64,000 bases of DNA from Callorhinchus milii (Eukaryota), in the NCBI RefSeq assembly GCF_018977255.1, contig NW_024704742.1, forward strand, positions 64,792,001 to 64,856,000. Direction: 5' to 3'. The position numbers and the translations under genes are program-made. The notes under the pieces were generated by a model that worked only from the letters and a program-made list of their open reading frames with translations, searched no databases and was not told the DNA's origin. Position 1 is the first letter of the stretch, and every line of letters begins with the position of its first letter. Positions 1-13,100 of this stretch are shown here, piece by piece.

Positions 1-285
1 AAGCAATAATCCATCTCCAGATAGCAAGCAAGACTGAGAACCATGGACTATTTCGCCTCCTTAACCTAGGGACAAATATAGTCTCCCAACTCCAGCCCCG
101 TTGACATTAGCTGACTCAGTATGGATTGAGACTTGAAACTGCAACTTTCTGGTCTTTACTACCCAGTTCTCATCTGACATCCACAGTCACACTGCTCTAT
201 GATTTTCACCCTTCATAACCTAGGGGCACAAAGGACAATATTCTTTATGTCTAAGATCAACTAATTTAGCACAGACCTGGAATTC

Positions 286-570
286 AATAATAATAATAAT
301 CCTTGCATTTGATATAGTGCTTTTCACGTCTTCTAGATGTCTCAAAGTGCTTCACACAATATACAGTAAAGTGAATTTACTGTATATTTGTGAGCGAAAT
401 GCGGCAGCCAATTGCACACAGCAGTGTCCCACAAACAGTTGTGGATTGAAGTAACCAATTTATTATTATTTTCCTTTCTAGAGGGATTGTCATCAGGTGT
501 GCAGAGTAAGGAAATTTGCCCATGGTTTTGCCCTGTTGGGAATTGAACTCAGGTTTCTCGCTTGCGAATT
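286..570 (-). mobile_element. tRNA-derived SINE copy
   Basis: (AAT)n tail, core and partial head in reverse orientation. Confidence 0.82.
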
Positions 571-1000
571 CAACCCATGACTTTCTAATTTCTATGGCTC
601 AGCGATATACTGGACGGTTCATAGCTACCAGAACATCATTATGCACTAGTCAAGAGTAAAGACTAATAACAACTGGAATCCTATTCAACATTTGCTGAAA
701 CATTAGAACCTAACCTGTCATAACGAAGTTCCAATTAAGATCAGGGTTGGAAAGGACCAGCGTAGTTTAAAAAACTGTTTACTTAACACTTTTTCTGAGT
801 CCATTTACAATATTCCATTACAGAAAGTTGTATAAGGAAAATGTATCCCACAAGTTAATCTTCCTCAATTCTTTGGAAAGACACTTCAGGAAAGCATCAT
901 CACTGCTCAAAATTCGAGTCCTGCGTTCTCCTTCCAAAAGCTTCCCTGGCCCCCGCTCAGACAGCACTTCTCCACTCTCTTTGATCAAAAGACAAAGTTA

Positions 1001-1100
1001 TTAAGTTTTCCGCTTCTGTCTCTTCATGGCCTTCCATTCACCCTCCTGCGTGGCCAGATTTTGGAACAAGGATTTCACCTTCCTCTTCCTCTCCGCATCC
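1001..1100 (-). CDS. NOP14: NOP14 last coding exon (DAERKRKVK...[15 protein letters not shown])
   Basis: TTTCAG| acceptor; TAA at 1003-1001, followed by a second TAA. Confidence 0.94.
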
Positions 1101-4100
1101 CTGAAACAAAGTAAACCAAGAATGTGACCAAACAGGGCAGTAAAAGCATTTAGTCACCACTTGACTCTACCGTTGATGTGCTAAATGTTTCATTAAAATG
1201 GCGAGCTGCACCATAGCCATAATTAGGAGATAGGGTTAAAAACATAGCTGCCACAAAGCGGTCTTAAACCTTTAGGTGGACAGTGTAAAGAGAGCGTGAT
1301 GAACTTTGAGACAATGGTATTGCTGGAATTATCTGAAAGGAAATTCAGCTGGGAAATGTGGGAAGAGATTGTTCGACTAGATATTTCTTCCCTCTTGCAT
1401 CTCAGTTAAGTGAAACTAATGTACTTATTCTCTTAAAGGAAGTCTTTGTATGTGTGTGAATGGTTGAGTCAAGTCTCAGATTAATTTAGGCCTTCAAATT
1501 TTGGCAGTCTAGAGCTCTAGAGTGACTTATCAGGTTGTCCACAAAAACAGATCTTTGTCACTTCTATTAAAATGGGGATAACAAATATCCAGGCGGGATT
1601 GCAAATGAATGATCTAAAAAAAAGGGTTCTGATTAAATCTGAAACCAACTGAGTACACATTACAAATGATTTAAGACCATCAAGCACATGTGAAAATTAG
1701 ATTAGTTTTGAAATCACTTCCCAGTATCTTTCGCGTTACAATTACATACAGCATTATGTTGCAATTTAGATCCTCCTGCCAGCGAATAAATCTTAGTACA
1801 CTCCAATCCTGTGAGACAGGTTTGATCACTGTTTCAACATTACAACAACTTGCATTTATATAGGGCCCTTAACACAGGATAGCATTCTCTGAGCACTGAG
1901 TTAAAAAAAATTCTGTAGTTCAATTGGTATTCAGGAATTTTATGCTACAATATAATCTAAATCCTGTTCAGATCAGGAAGTAAAATGCAATCTCACAAAC
2001 AATGAGACATAAGCAACAGGTTATTAAGTCGATTGGTAGATCACACTCCGGGGATAATAATCCCTCAAAAAAAAATTGGTCACTTCAATCTACAACTGTT
2101 TGTGGGATACTCCTGTGCGCAATTGGCTGCCGCGTTTCACTCACAAAGTATTCAGTCAATCCACTTTACAGTATATTCTGTGAAGCTCTTTGAGACGTCT
2201 CAAAGACATGATAAGGCGCTACATCAAATGCCAGGATTATTATTATTAGTAGTAACTTTGTTTTAAAACAAGTCCTTAAATAGTAATAACGTAATGCATC
2301 TTGCAATGGGAGGCAAATCCAGTCAACTACAGTAATGTTAATAATGAATCTAAATGGAGAATGGGGTTGGAAGGAAGAAGTGACCTTTTACCCAAAGGGT
2401 TCAATCAGTTAATTACCCTCAATGTATGCACATTGTGTTGTCATATACATCACTGACTGCTTACCTTTCCATGATGTCGGAAAGTTGATGTCTGGCCAGG
2501 AATTGTGAGTCTTTGCGGATTTCTCGAACAGCTCCTTTGAATTCTCGCTTGTGTTTATGGATAAGCTTCATTCGCTCTCGCTCTAGTTTGGAGCCACCTT
2601 GTTTCCGCCCATAGTCTGTCCTGGAAGCACAGGTTTTGATTACACCTGAAATTTGAAGGCTCTCAATTGTTTCTCATCCTCCTAATGCCCACGTTAGCAT
2701 TACAACTTATTAGGCTTTCCAGTTGAGGCATCAAGACATTTTTCTTATCTATTCCAAGCCTCCTAGCTCCTTCCCCTCTGTCACACACCCTGCTGACTCT
2801 CACCACCTCAGCTCACACATTAAGAATGGCTATGTGGTTGAGGTACTGGAGAGGTGATGGATACAATGGAACTACAGTGAAACTCTCACAAGTCTTACCT
2901 TCAAAAATCATATAATCGCCCAAGTTGTACATTCACCCGAGTCCCTTTCAGTTTCCTATTAAAACCATTTAGATTTCTTTGCACAACTCGTGTTAATTAC
3001 CTCCTAACTCAGGATGCTGCTTCCCTCTCCTCCATTACTCCCACACTTACCAGCTGTATTAAATCGTGGGAAATGTTGTCTTGATCCATCGCCGCATGCA
3101 AAGAACTGCATTTCCCAAAATTCAATGCGATTCCAATACTTTCAGGTAAGTACACATCCGACAACGGGTCAAGACACATTGAATCGCAGGAAATTTAGTC
3201 TTGAATTACACATGCAGTCTAGATTATTGATTAAATCATATTTAACATGATTTATGCAGTTTGCCTGCAACTCGGACTCCATGCAAGTCATATTCAATGT
3301 TATGGTCCTGAATGATATGACTTATGTGAGTTTTATTGTATACACAAGGGAGTTGAAACTGTAAAAAAAAGCTTACTTTTTTTTCCCCCAGCACAAAATG
3401 CTTGCAGATAGTCATAATTAGATACAAGAATCATTGCAATACCGTATGCTGAAGAAAATACTTAGTTTCAATCCCTGGTTACCTTAAGCATTCCTGTTCA
3501 GAGTGCACAATTAGTGCTACCTATTCACAAGGGTAATTCTTTAATGATCTTTTTGTGCGATTCTCCTGTGACTACCCATTAAGTGATGCGTTGAGTGTGC
3601 TCTACTTACACTTCCACTATTTTCGGTGTGAAAAGTTTTAATGGCACTAGTTTCTTCCTTTCAAACTCAAGGGGCTGATAGGATTTTGGTTGACTTTCTA
3701 TTTCCTTCAGGACTTCATGGTACAGGTCCTAAAGNAAAAAATCAGAAATGAGGAGATTTTAATAGCCTGTGTTAGCACCCCAGCACAGTATTTCATTCAT
3801 CTGGAAAGAAATCAAGAATTTGTTCATCCTTGAAGGTCTTTGTCAAATGAAGCATCATCCCACCACACCACCCTTACAGTCTAAAGTGAGGGCCAGACCA
3901 GCCAAGTTAATTCACACTAAGAGATGAAATGAAGGGAAGAAATTATTCAGCTTGGGTCAGAATTTCTCAGCTACCCATCACAATAGTAATCATCTCATAA
4001 AGCATCTTATCAACATTGAATACAACAAGTTCACTGTACTCTTTCCTACTGGGGAGGGGAACAAGAAGTAAGCAGGGTTTGAGTTGGCTCGATAGTGAAT

Positions 4101-7100
4101 TGCTTGGTTGGTAATTGAGTCAATTCTCTTAAGAAGTCTCGGTAGTCCAGTTCATAAACCAGGTGGTTCCAGGGCACTGCTGATGACAGATCAGCCAGCC
4201 TGGCTAATCGGCAGGAATTGGAGGGGCCCCACAAGCCAAAGCCCTTAACGGGCTGTGGGAAGCTGGCCAGACAATGCTCTCAATAGCAAGCTTCAGCAGT
4301 ACTCCTAACGCACACTGAGGTCCCAAAGTCTTAACTCTTCCCAAGCTCGGGTCTAAGACTCTCAGGATCTAGGTAAGCAGGGTACATCCCTCCAGGGAGT
4401 GCACATTCCATTCCAGACACAGGGAACTTTCCAAGTTGTAGGTGGCATATGTGAAACTTAGCCTGGTTTGGATACTGTTAAGCGTGGTGATGGGTTTTCA
4501 TTTGTGTCGAGACACCTGGCTGAGCAAAAAGAAAACTAACTATAGTTTTTTCAAATAACCTTGAGAAACCTAGGCAGCAAAGCTCACTGAGGAATGAAAG
4601 GAAAGTGCCGTAGCTTCCTACCTGAAGCTGTGTTGGGTAATCGTTGACACAAAGATATTTAGTCAGAAGAGTTTTGACCGGGTGAATTATTTGGTGGAAG
4701 GTAGACAGTGATTTGTACAAGGAGGCGCACCGTTTACACAAATCCAAACATTGTGCTACGAAGGACAACCTGTGGCAGGATTCAAAGAAAATCACCAGTT
4801 AGAATAACTTACTTTTCGTTAGGACAGCACCATTCTCTTCAAAATAACATCTCAATGCGCTTGACAGTGGACCGCAGGCAAGAAGTGAGAGATTGTAATA
4901 ATGAATCACTGTAACAAGTGGCAATTTCTTTCACTTTGAAGTTTGCTTTATACAATAAAACTCACATAAGTCTGATCTGTATAAATCTGTATAAAGCTGT
5001 ACATCTGCCCAAATGCCAAACAAGAGTTTATAATGTATGCAAGTTTGATATAACTCATACTTTGCATAAGTCATATTAAATGTATGGTCAGAACTGATAT
5101 GACTTATGCGACGTTTACTTTACCACAAATGAAGTATCAAATACAGTAAAATTTACATTAATTTGGCACCTTTCACATCAGGAGGACATCTCAAAGAGCT
5201 TTACACAGCTGGCTGGGCAACTGAGCCAAGAGGAGCTGAAGAGGCGTGTGGGCGGGGTAGGATGGATCAAAGAAGTGGGACAAGAGGGGCTGACTTGGAG
5301 GGATTCAGGAATGGAGTTTCAGAGGGTGATGGCTGAAAGTTCCCACATTGATGTGGGGTGGATCGGGTGGGGGACATAAAGCAGCCTGGTGATCACTGAG
5401 CGAGGGGAGTGGCCAGGTTGGTAGGGCAATAGGATGTCACAGAGGTAGGGATGAGACAAGGTTGTGATATAGTTCTGGAAATTCCTCCCATTTAATCAGT
5501 GTAGAAATTCACAGAAAGTGTTTTCAGATACTGTTACATGATGGAAAGCTGTTGTATTATGCTTTGGCATTCAAAGGGTTAAAGCAACAGAGCTCAACCC
5601 TTTGAAGGGCTCTTTCACGGTTTCATACAGAGATCATGGGGTTGGGAGAAGTTAAAAGTTAAGGTTGTCAGAACAGCTCATCCTTAAATGCAACGCTATT
5701 CCGTTTGGGCTGAATTAGTTGTCACCAATTTTAAATATCTCTAGTTTGATTAGCGTTACACTCTTAGTTTTACTGGAGTTTCCACTAGTTTATTTTTTTT
5801 GTTAAAGAGGAACAGATATTTCAATGTTCCAAAATACTATAAAAATGATTTGCTTTGTACTAGCCCTGGACCAGTTCTAAGGGATACTTCAGGAGAAAGT
5901 GTATGGCTTTAATTCCCAAAAGATTAATCTGTAAAAGACTATCCCCTCAAGGGATATTTAACTTATTTTACAAACCAACTGAGGTAGCTGGTACAGTATA
6001 TGAATTTAGCCTTTACTGTGTTATGGAGGAACTGGGCATTGCGTGTGTGTATTTGCGCACACAATTATGTGTGTGTATGTGGAAAAGAGACAGAGTCAAG
6101 GCTAGCTGAGCTATTATATTTCAGGATGCAGCCCTGGGAACGTCGTATTGTAGGGAGTCAAATCGGTCTCTGCCTGGTGTCATTTCTGATGATAGTGGAG
6201 AACTGTAATGTGGGCTCAGACCCCCACCTGCAATCAATCCACAGTCTCGCAAGAACAGATTTTATTTTCATCTAGTGACAGCATGTGAATTTCAGCATCT
6301 ATCAGTTCGGTATTTATAATCAGTTGTGGAAATTAAAAGCCATATTAACTCAATGACTCACTGCTCACATCAACTTATATTACTTGAGACCCAGAAAGTC
6401 GCAACCATTATTGCTGACTGAAAATTAATGGCACAGGATAATACAATACAAATTTTAATTTATATAGTGCCTTTGATATCAGGAGGACGTCCTAGAGTGT
6501 TTGACAGTCCAGGCTTGGCACCTGAGCTGGGGGTGGGAGCCAAGGGAGTTGGGGAAAGAAAAGGTGAATGAAGATGCAGTTAAAGACAAAGGTCTTGAGA
6601 TGGACCTTGAAAGAAATGGAGGGAGTGAGTCGGAGGGACTCGGGATGGAATTCCAGAGAGTGGGGGCAAATTGGCTGAAATCAAATAGTTGTGACCTCTG
6701 AGTATTCTCAACCTTAAAGCTCAGTTTTGACTGTACCAGTCTGGAAATGTTTCAGAACTTTCGCAAATCCCAAACTAACACAACACTGGTTTCACAAATA
6801 AACACAACAGCCCGGGTCACTGCCCGCACAATAATGTGAACCAGAAGAAGTGAAGAAATGACAAATCATTTCTTTATGGCAGTGTAAAAATATGCAGCCC
6901 TTGGGGGTTAAACCGCATTGTAACTTACAGGAAGTTGGATGGAACGGACAAAACTGTTCACTTCCCTGTTACATAAAGAACAGATGCATTTGTCTGTTTA
7001 AAGGCTGGAACGGATTCAAGAGTTTGGATAACTCTACAAACCACAACAGCAAAGCTAGAATATAAGCTTCATGAAACCGAGCAAGAGATCAGCGTCTACT

Positions 7101-10100
7101 GAAAAAGAATCCGCATGGTGTGGTTATTTCAGTGTGATGGTTACTGAATTCCAACACTTCTGTGTGCTATTTATTATAAGGTAATTTTTATTAAAATGTC
7201 CAGAAGGTCCACAGTCACCACCATTTAATATATCCTGTGAAATACTGCGAAATGAGACATTGTCCCAAAGAGAAAGGCGTTATATCGAATGTAAGGATTA
7301 TTGTATTTATCGAAGGTGTTTATCAAAGACAAACATTTTAATATGCATTTCTTTATCTGTGCCACTTGCTGCCAGTGGAATTGGTGGACACAAAGCTCAG
7401 AACTCTAGACTCAGAATCATAAAGAAGACTATACCCAAGATTGGGTCATTGTCACACAAGATTGTCACACATACCACACACGCTCACACACATCCTATGG
7501 CGCTGAAATATTCTGCTATTACAGCACTACAGCCAATCCTTCTGTGCTGCTTCCTAACAAGTCTTTAAATGAAAATCTCACTTTTTTTTTTAAAACGAAT
7601 TAGATTGCATACAAGGTTATAATTTATTCCCAAGGTTCAGCTATAAACGACTTAGCTCTTCTACTGTTTTGCCCACAAAATAGTCAATTCAGTTTGCAGT
7701 GTATTCTGTGAAGCACTTTGAGACGTCTCAACGACGTGATAAGGCACTACATCAAATGCAAGGATTATAGAGTCCTGTAGCTCAGTGGTTAGAGCACTCG
7801 CCTTGCAAGCAAAACACCTGGGTTCAATTCCAGGCAGGGCGAAACCTTGGGCAAGTTTCCTTACTCCACACGCCTAATAATAATCCCTCCAACACAAAAA
7901 TAATAAATTGGTCACTTTCAATCCACGACTGTTTGTGGGACATTGCTGTGCGCAATTGGCTGCCGCGTTCGCTCACAAATATACGGTCAATTCACTTTAC
8001 AGTCTATTCTGTGAAGCACTTTGAGACGTCGAGAAGACACGAAAAAGCGCTCTATCAAATGCAAGGATTATTATTATCATTATGTTGCAGCGACACAATC
8101 AAAATGTTATATTTGGACATGAACTCTCATCATTTTCTCTAGCCATTCATAATTCTGTGAGATAGGACAGCTGCTCCTCTGCATGACTGTGGAAACTTGC
8201 CAGATAAGCTCCATTAAACTCTACAGATCCATCCGATGGTAAGCACGGCATTGATCATTTCCTACTGACCTGAAATGTGTCACTTGTGGCTCGTCTTTCA
8301 GTTCCACACCCTGAATCATAGATATCGGCAGCGGCTTCCTTTCCCACGATTCTGCAGCCTTTTTATCTTTCACCACAAGTAAGTCAGAGAATTTCCCACC
8401 AGGTTTAAAAGGAGGTACCAGTGTGTATCCTACAGAAATACACATTAACCAGATGAGCATAGTTGACCTTGAGTGTTTTATCAAAATCCAACCAGAGGGA
8501 CAATGAAGCAAACACAGGCACATACAAAAGTGCCACCTCGTGTACAGGGATATATTCGAACATTGTGGCATTTTCAATAAGAGATGAATTGTATCAATAA
8601 AAACCTCTGTTAAAAGGAGTGATAGGCAAAGCTGCACAATATTCTTTAAATGCTATTCAAGTTTGAACGGAGAGTACTTTTAAAAAAAAATAGCATTTAA
8701 AAAAATCAAAGCCGATCTTGCAAATTTGGAACCTCCAAGAGTGAGACTTTTCAGCTGCTGTTTATCACATAACTGTAGGCACCTGTAACTCTCCATCTAT
8801 ACAACTCCAATAATATACCCAATTCTCCATGCTACACAGAAACTGTGGAATTCAAAATTAAGATCATATTATACTCGACAGCAATTCCGTGTCTAACACT
8901 TTGAGACCAACTTTACACAAAATACAAGGATCATTATTATTATTATTATAATTCAGCAAATTCAGATTCAACTAAATTACTCCAAGCTTTTTTGTGTTAA
9001 CTCTCCGCTCATAGAAAGCAAAAAACGTACCCAGAATTTCGCCTTTGTTAGGAACGGCCATGTGGAGAATTCCCAGCAGGAAATTCACGACTTCAGGAAT
9101 AAAACGTTTCGAGAGAGAAACGTACTCGAGGAAGACGCAGCAGGTGAACAGTCCAGCAGCAATGTCTCGTAGCGAGGTAACAGAGCACTGATTTCCGAGA
9201 GGGGGAAAAACCCACAAGTTTTAATAAATGCTTTAATATGGTCTCCAATAAAGACACAACTACACAATTTCGCCCACAAATATACAGTCAATTCACTTTA
9301 CAGTGTGTTCTGTGAAGCGCTTTGGGACGTCCTCCTGACGTGAAAAACGCTATATCAAATGCAAGGATTATTATTTTTAACTATTATTTCTGGGCATCAA
9401 ATTGCCCCTAGTGTAATGTAAGCCGGGTGGTTTCACAAGGTAAACATTAAGATATTAAGACAACATATAAGCTACAGTATGTGGGTTTAGTGCAATCACC
9501 CAAAGGTCTAACAGCACTTATACCAAAATGAGGAACTGCAAAAATACCAACTCTATCTTCACTTACCCGGATAACCATATGACTCATGTAGACCATTGCT
9601 GGAGTAACCACTGAATGTCGGAAATCAGAGGTCGGAAACAAAGATGATGCAATTTTCAAGTAGATTAGCTGAAAAAGGAAACAAATTCTATATTATTAAT
9701 ATAGTCACAGTGAAGACCTGGATTTCCAAGGCAGAGAATCTTCCTTCTCCTCCAGGTCAGTGCTGGGGGAGCGATGCATTGTTGGAGGTGTCATCTTGGA
9801 TAAGACATTAAATCGAGGTCCCACCTGCATGTTCAGGTGGACAATAAAGATCCCACGGCACTATTCAAATAGTGAAGGGAGTTTCTCCCTGTTTCCTGGG
9901 CAACAATCCCCCAAATAAAGTTGGTCATACACTTCATGGCTGTTAGTGTGACACTGGCGTGTGCAAATTGGCTGCTGCATTCACCTACAAATTAGTCACT
10001 ACTGTTTACAGTAAATCCTGTGAAGCACTTTGAGACATCCTCCCGAAGTGAAAGATACTACAGCATGTCTTTAAGGATGGATTATGATTATTTTATTATT

Positions 10101-13100
10101 ATTACTGAATCAATGTGCAGACCAGAGGATCATGGCCATTCAATTTTATTTTTGTGGGAAACAGCATTGTCAGTTAAAGCTCCCTGAGACGTGACCGTGC
10201 GTGAGGGGCGCTATATAAATGCAAGTTATTGTTGTCAGAGACCTGAGTTAGGAAATAGGATTTGGGTGGTGGGGACAGAGAAAACATAAAAATGATCTCT
10301 TTGCTCTCCAGTATCTATTATTGCACACAAATGAGAAATTAACTACTAAAATATTAATGATATTAATATGAGTGCTGAGCACATTAATGAAGTTTTCTGC
10401 AGCTTTTATCTAGAAGTCCACAAATGTTCAGTTCAAGTTAGTAGTAATAATAATCTTTGCATGTGATATAGCACCTTATCATGTGTTGAGATGTCTCAAA
10501 ATGCTTCACAGGATATACTGTAAAGTGAATCGATTGTGTATTTTGCGTGCAAAACACGACAGCCAATTGCTCACAGCAAAGTTAATTTGTTACTCTTCCA
10601 CACGGGCACTGTCCTTACTTTCCCCATTTACACTTTCCTACCAGTCTGCCCATCGGTCACTTCTGATCCTTCTCTTTTTATATTGCCAATAGCCTAGTGA
10701 CAGCACATTTGGTCTTGTGAGAGCCAGCCTGGGTACACCAGCCTCACGACACCAACACTGTCTGATAAACTCCCGCACTCAACTCTTTCAGTTCCTTTGT
10801 GGAAACCTAACCTCCTTTTGCTGATTAATGGATGATTTACCTTGTCTAGTCCAGGAAAAGGAGCACGACCGTTGGCCTCCAGCTGACTGTCCAATTCCTG
10901 CATACTTTGCTGAAGACTTGATTGTACGCAACCACATGCAACTTCAGGAAACATCTGGGACAATTCATACAACTGTCTGTGGAAAACAAAAAGGCAGGAA
11001 CAAAACCATACTAAATGTACACTACGGATTGTTCTCCTCAATAATTTTACTAGTACATCAGTTCATGGGTAACTCTTCTTCCCAAGCCCACGTGTCAAGC
11101 AAACTCAGATGTAACTTTTGACTCTATTTTTTATTTTAATACTTTAAGTCAATCCACTTTACAATATATTCTGTGAAGCACTTTGAGATGTATAACGATA
11201 TATGGCGCTTTATCAAATGCAAGGATTATTAAATTGAGACAATCATAATTGCTCCTTTAGCAACTTGACCACTTGTGCTGCATTTTACCATTATAGTCAC
11301 ATCTGTACCATTTTGAAAACAACATTTCTGAACTATTACTTAACTTCAATAATAATAATCCCTGCATTTGATATAGCGCTTTATCACACCATTGAGATAT
11401 CTCAAAACACTTCACAGAATATACTGTAACACAGATTGACTGTACTTTGTAGGTGAAACTCAGCAGCCAATTGCGCACAGCAGTGTCCACACAAACAGTC
11501 GTGAATTGAGTTTGATTTTTTGGATTATTACCACCGAAAAGTGATCCGCCAATCGGCTAACAACCGGGTTTGGGTTCCTACTTCCTGCTAGAAAAACAAA
11601 GACGTGTGGAGTAAGGAAACTTGCCTAAAATTTGTATACTTGTGTGTGAGTGGGGAGGGGGGTGGGGTCAGGTCAGTCCTGAAATATCAGTTTAGATTCT
11701 GAGCTTATTATTTGGCAGACAATGACCTGTCATTTAACAGCTCTGATTACTTCAGACACCAAAGGTATGCGATGTGCAAAGTTACAAAACGTTACTGTGG
11801 ATGAACTGCTAAAAAACTAATAATTTTTAAGTAAACCAATAAATTCATTCATTGAAAAAACAAAAAAGTTCAGTATTTAATATATTTTCCAATCAACTGA
11901 ATTACAAAAACTAGCATTTATATAGCATCCTTCAAGCGGGTCAAGGTCTCCCAGCGATTACAGCATAAATTACAGCAGAAAAGGGAACCTTTTGACCCAT
12001 CGAGCTTAAACTGATGATAGCTCTTCCACTAGAACTACTCAAATTCTCTATTTCCTTTTTGACTAGTCCTCTTCAAATTTCTATCCAATTCCTTGTTCAA
12101 TGTTGTTACAGTCTCTGTCTCAAAAAGCCACTTATTCCTACAAGAAGCCAAAATGTTTGACAGCAGATGACATATTGAGGATATTGGACATTTATGGAAA
12201 TCCTTCACGAGCGATAAACTCTTTTCAATTTTAATAAAACATCCTCGCGTTTGATAGTGTCTTTTCATTTCGTCGCGGTGTCTCAAAGCGCTTCACAGGA
12301 TGTGTTATAAAGTAGTTTGACCGAGTGTATTTTGTGGATGAATTTGACACAAACATCAAGCACAAGGCTTACAGTATTTTCAATTTTATATAACTATCCT
12401 GTGCCTTTTGTCACTTCCACCCTCACCCCGCTCAGTGTCTGACCACGTCACTGTGAAGCACTCAGAGACATTATCCTACATGAAGGGAGCGATATAAATG
12501 CAAGATGCTGTTGCGTTACCAATTTACCAAGCAGTGGGAATAATCTATGGTATAGGTACGACGGTAGCACTCTTGCCTATGAATCAGAAGGTTGTGGGTT
12601 CAAGTCCCAAGTTGGGACTTGGAATCGCATCGTCTAAGATGATATTCCAATGCATTGTTGGGGTGTTTCTTTGTCGGAGTTGCCTGCTCAGGTGCTCAGG
12701 TTAATGATCCCATGACACTAGTCGAAAAGAGAAGGGAGTTTCTCCCAGTGTCCTGACCCAACAAATTCCCCAAATTGGTCACTCACTCCATAGCTGTTTG
12801 TGGGACATTGCTGTATGCAACTGGTTGCCACGTTTCGTCCACAACTAAACAGTCATTCCACTTTGAGGTATATCATGTGAAGCACTTCGAGAAGTCTCGA
12901 CGACATGATAAGGCGCTAAATCAAATGCAAGGAATATTTACCATATTATTTTTCCTTCTTATTTCTATTAAGAGTCTGAAGTTTTTGTGATACTCACGGT
13001 ACCATCTTGTCAATAGTCTTCAAATCTGGTGGCCTCCTGGTTGCCAGCTCCCCAACATATTCCCACAGGAACCCAAAGAGTTTCTGATAACAGATGACAT

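Noticed and set aside
2002..2266. Recurring short ORFs containing '[11 protein letters not shown]...[10 protein letters not shown]'
   Set aside because: Translations of the SINE tail repeated through the window; not a protein family and not a CRISPR-like array.
3735..3735. Isolated 'n' bases in A-runs (3735, 13992, 49759, 60841)
   Set aside because: Homopolymer sequencing or assembly ambiguities, all intronic; not biological.
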